A stretch of 40,097 bases of DNA from a virus (Duplodnaviria > Caudoviricetes), in IMG/VR virus record IMGVR_UViG_3300012953_000070, positions 1 to 40,097 of that record; one strand, 5' to 3'. The notes under the pieces were generated by a model. That model saw only the letters and a program-made list of their open reading frames with translations, searched no databases and was not told the origin of the DNA. Position 1 is the stretch's first letter. Every line of letters starts with the position of its first letter. Position numbers and translations under genes: made by a program. Shown here piece after piece: positions 39,000 through 40,097 of this stretch.

Positions 39000-39626
39000 T
39001 TAAAATGGTAAATCACCATCTTTTGATTTTATATCTTTGTTTTTTCCACTTGTCCATTTCTTACAGAATTTACAATCCCAAAAGAATGTTTCAACACCTT
39101 TTTTATTAATGAAAGGTCTACCTTTATCAACAAATGCAATAATAGGTTTTCCTAACATCATATCAGGAGTTAAATTAGGGAGAAGTTGAACTTCAACATC
39201 TTCCCCATTTATTGTCCTTGTTTCTGTTGGACATTCAACACCTATGGTTTCACAGAACTTTAAATATCCTGTGTTTCCAGATGAATGTGATTCAAAGTCA
39301 TCATCTTTTCCTGGCTCTAAGAACCTCCAAAGCTTACCTTTGAATTTACCACCAACATATACGCTTCCTTTTGTTTTAACAGGTTTACCATCTATGCCTT
39401 CATATTCAAAGTCAAGAATGCTATTGTCTTCTGCAATCTCTACAGTATATGTGTAAAGCCTTGCTTTATACTGACCACCTCTAACATCAAGAATCTTAGA
39501 ATCTACATCAACAATATGACAATAATACTCGCCCTTACCATATGGGGTAAAACTTTTCTTTTTACCCTTAGAATAAAAGCTCTGTTCTTTTGTTACCTCG
39601 TTAAACATATCATTTACGTCTGCCAT
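39000..39626 (-). CDS. Probable single-stranded DNA-binding protein
   Basis: FTP...GEYYCHIVDV start, acidic-aromatic tail DGDLPF, directly downstream of the annealase gene. Confidence 0.7.
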   Translation of the reverse strand: MADVNDMFNEVTKEQSFYSKGKKKSFTPYGKGEYYCHIVDVDSKILDVRGGQYKARLYTYTVEIAEDNSILDFEYEGIDGKPVKTKGSVYVGGKFKGKLWRFLEPGKDDDFESHSSGNTGYLKFCETIGVECPTETRTINGEDVEVQLLPNLTPDMMLGKPIIAFVDKGRPFINKKGVETFFWDCKFCKKWTSGKNKDIKSKDGDLPF

Positions 39627-40096
39627 TATTTGTCTCCTTTCTCTTTTATCATGTTTTGTACTTTTTCTATAACAGCTTCATAGTTATGTGCATTTAAATC
39701 CATACTTGCTGCCTTAACCTTTAAATCATCAACAAACTTCTTACCAAGAGGTTTTGCTAAATCATATAAGTCTTGTTCTTCTTTAGAAGATAAAGCATCA
39801 GGCTCTGGCAAATCTTCACCTGCAAAGATATATAATCCTAATCCATGCAGAGCTATTGCTTTTGCTAATGCTCTTTGCAAACTCGTATTAATTTGAAATG
39901 AATTTGGTTTTTCAATCGATTGATTTCGATTATCGAGTACAGGATGAATTTGTGATAGTGATACACCATCTACCTCAACCCATACATCAACAAAGTAACC
40001 ACACTCTGTTTTAAAGAATGGCGAACCATCCTCTGCTTTCGTTACTCCCCATCTTGCAGTTGGACAAGCTTTTTTCAGCTCTGCTACCGCATTAGC
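39626..40096 (-). CDS. sak: Sak-type (DUF1071, Rad52-like) ssDNA annealing protein, 5' end outside the window
   Basis: Frame is open to the window edge: ANAVAELKKACP...PVLDNRN...FQINTSLQRALAKAIALHGLGLYIFAGEDLP, the conserved DUF1071 signature. Confidence 0.88.
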   Translation of the reverse strand, partial: ANAVAELKKACPTARWGVTKAEDGSPFFKTECGYFVDVWVEVDGVSLSQIHPVLDNRNQSIEKPNSFQINTSLQRALAKAIALHGLGLYIFAGEDLPEPDALSSKEEQDLYDLAKPLGKKFVDDLKVKAASMDLNAHNYEAVIEKVQNMIKEKGDK

Positions 40097-40097
40097 C

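Noticed and set aside
818-39456. Short alternative-frame and antisense ORFs in the track (e.g. 818, 1226, 3083, 7966, 20365, 30519, 36257, 37174, 38885, 39244)
   Set aside because: Almost all are nested in well-supported genes, lack SD sites and have shadow-frame composition.
39912-39936. Palindrome TCAATCGATTGA and adjacent TCGAT-T-ATCGA as a recombinase target site
   Set aside because: Lies inside conserved sak coding sequence, is short, and lacks the arm-spacer-arm layout of tyrosine-recombinase sites.
40060-40080. Possible frameshift in the A-run near the 5' end of sak
   Set aside because: The run is six bases (Lys-Lys) and the frame stays open to the window edge.
1-40097. Stop-codon reassignment, CRISPR array, tRNA genes, introns or inteins
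   Set aside because: Genes are long and intact in the standard code with all three stops used. No repeat-spacer array or cloverleaf was seen, and TerL and DnaB show no sign of an inserted element.

Overview
AT-rich (roughly 30% GC by eye) segment of a tailed dsDNA bacteriophage genome with podovirus-like gene order, resembling uncultured aquatic phages. The host cannot be determined, although AAGGAG Shine-Dalgarno sites are used throughout. The + strand arm (1-34665) is the morphogenesis region: terminase large subunit (5'-truncated), P22-like portal, scaffold, major capsid protein, decoration and LamG-lectin appendage genes, an apparently split head-tail adaptor, a metallophosphoesterase, a cluster of tiny membrane-protein genes, an oversized nozzle/stabilisation protein, a tail fibre, and four probable ejection (internal virion) proteins ending in a 2271-aa giant. 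The - strand arm (34662-40097) is the replication/recombination region: Sak-like annealase (truncated by the window), SSB, DNA methyltransferase, DnaB helicase, RuvC-like resolvase and small ORFs. The most striking observation is that the giant ejection protein appears to carry a tyrosine-recombinase module with its motifs in permuted order (patch I and box I come after the putative catalytic Tyr), followed by an HExxH zincin-like domain. Also notable are two candidate structured RNAs in intergenic gaps, apparent window-wide GATC avoidance, and a mini-MscS-like gene in a membrane cassette with no recognisable endolysin. All family assignments come from motif recognition by eye; no searches were run.
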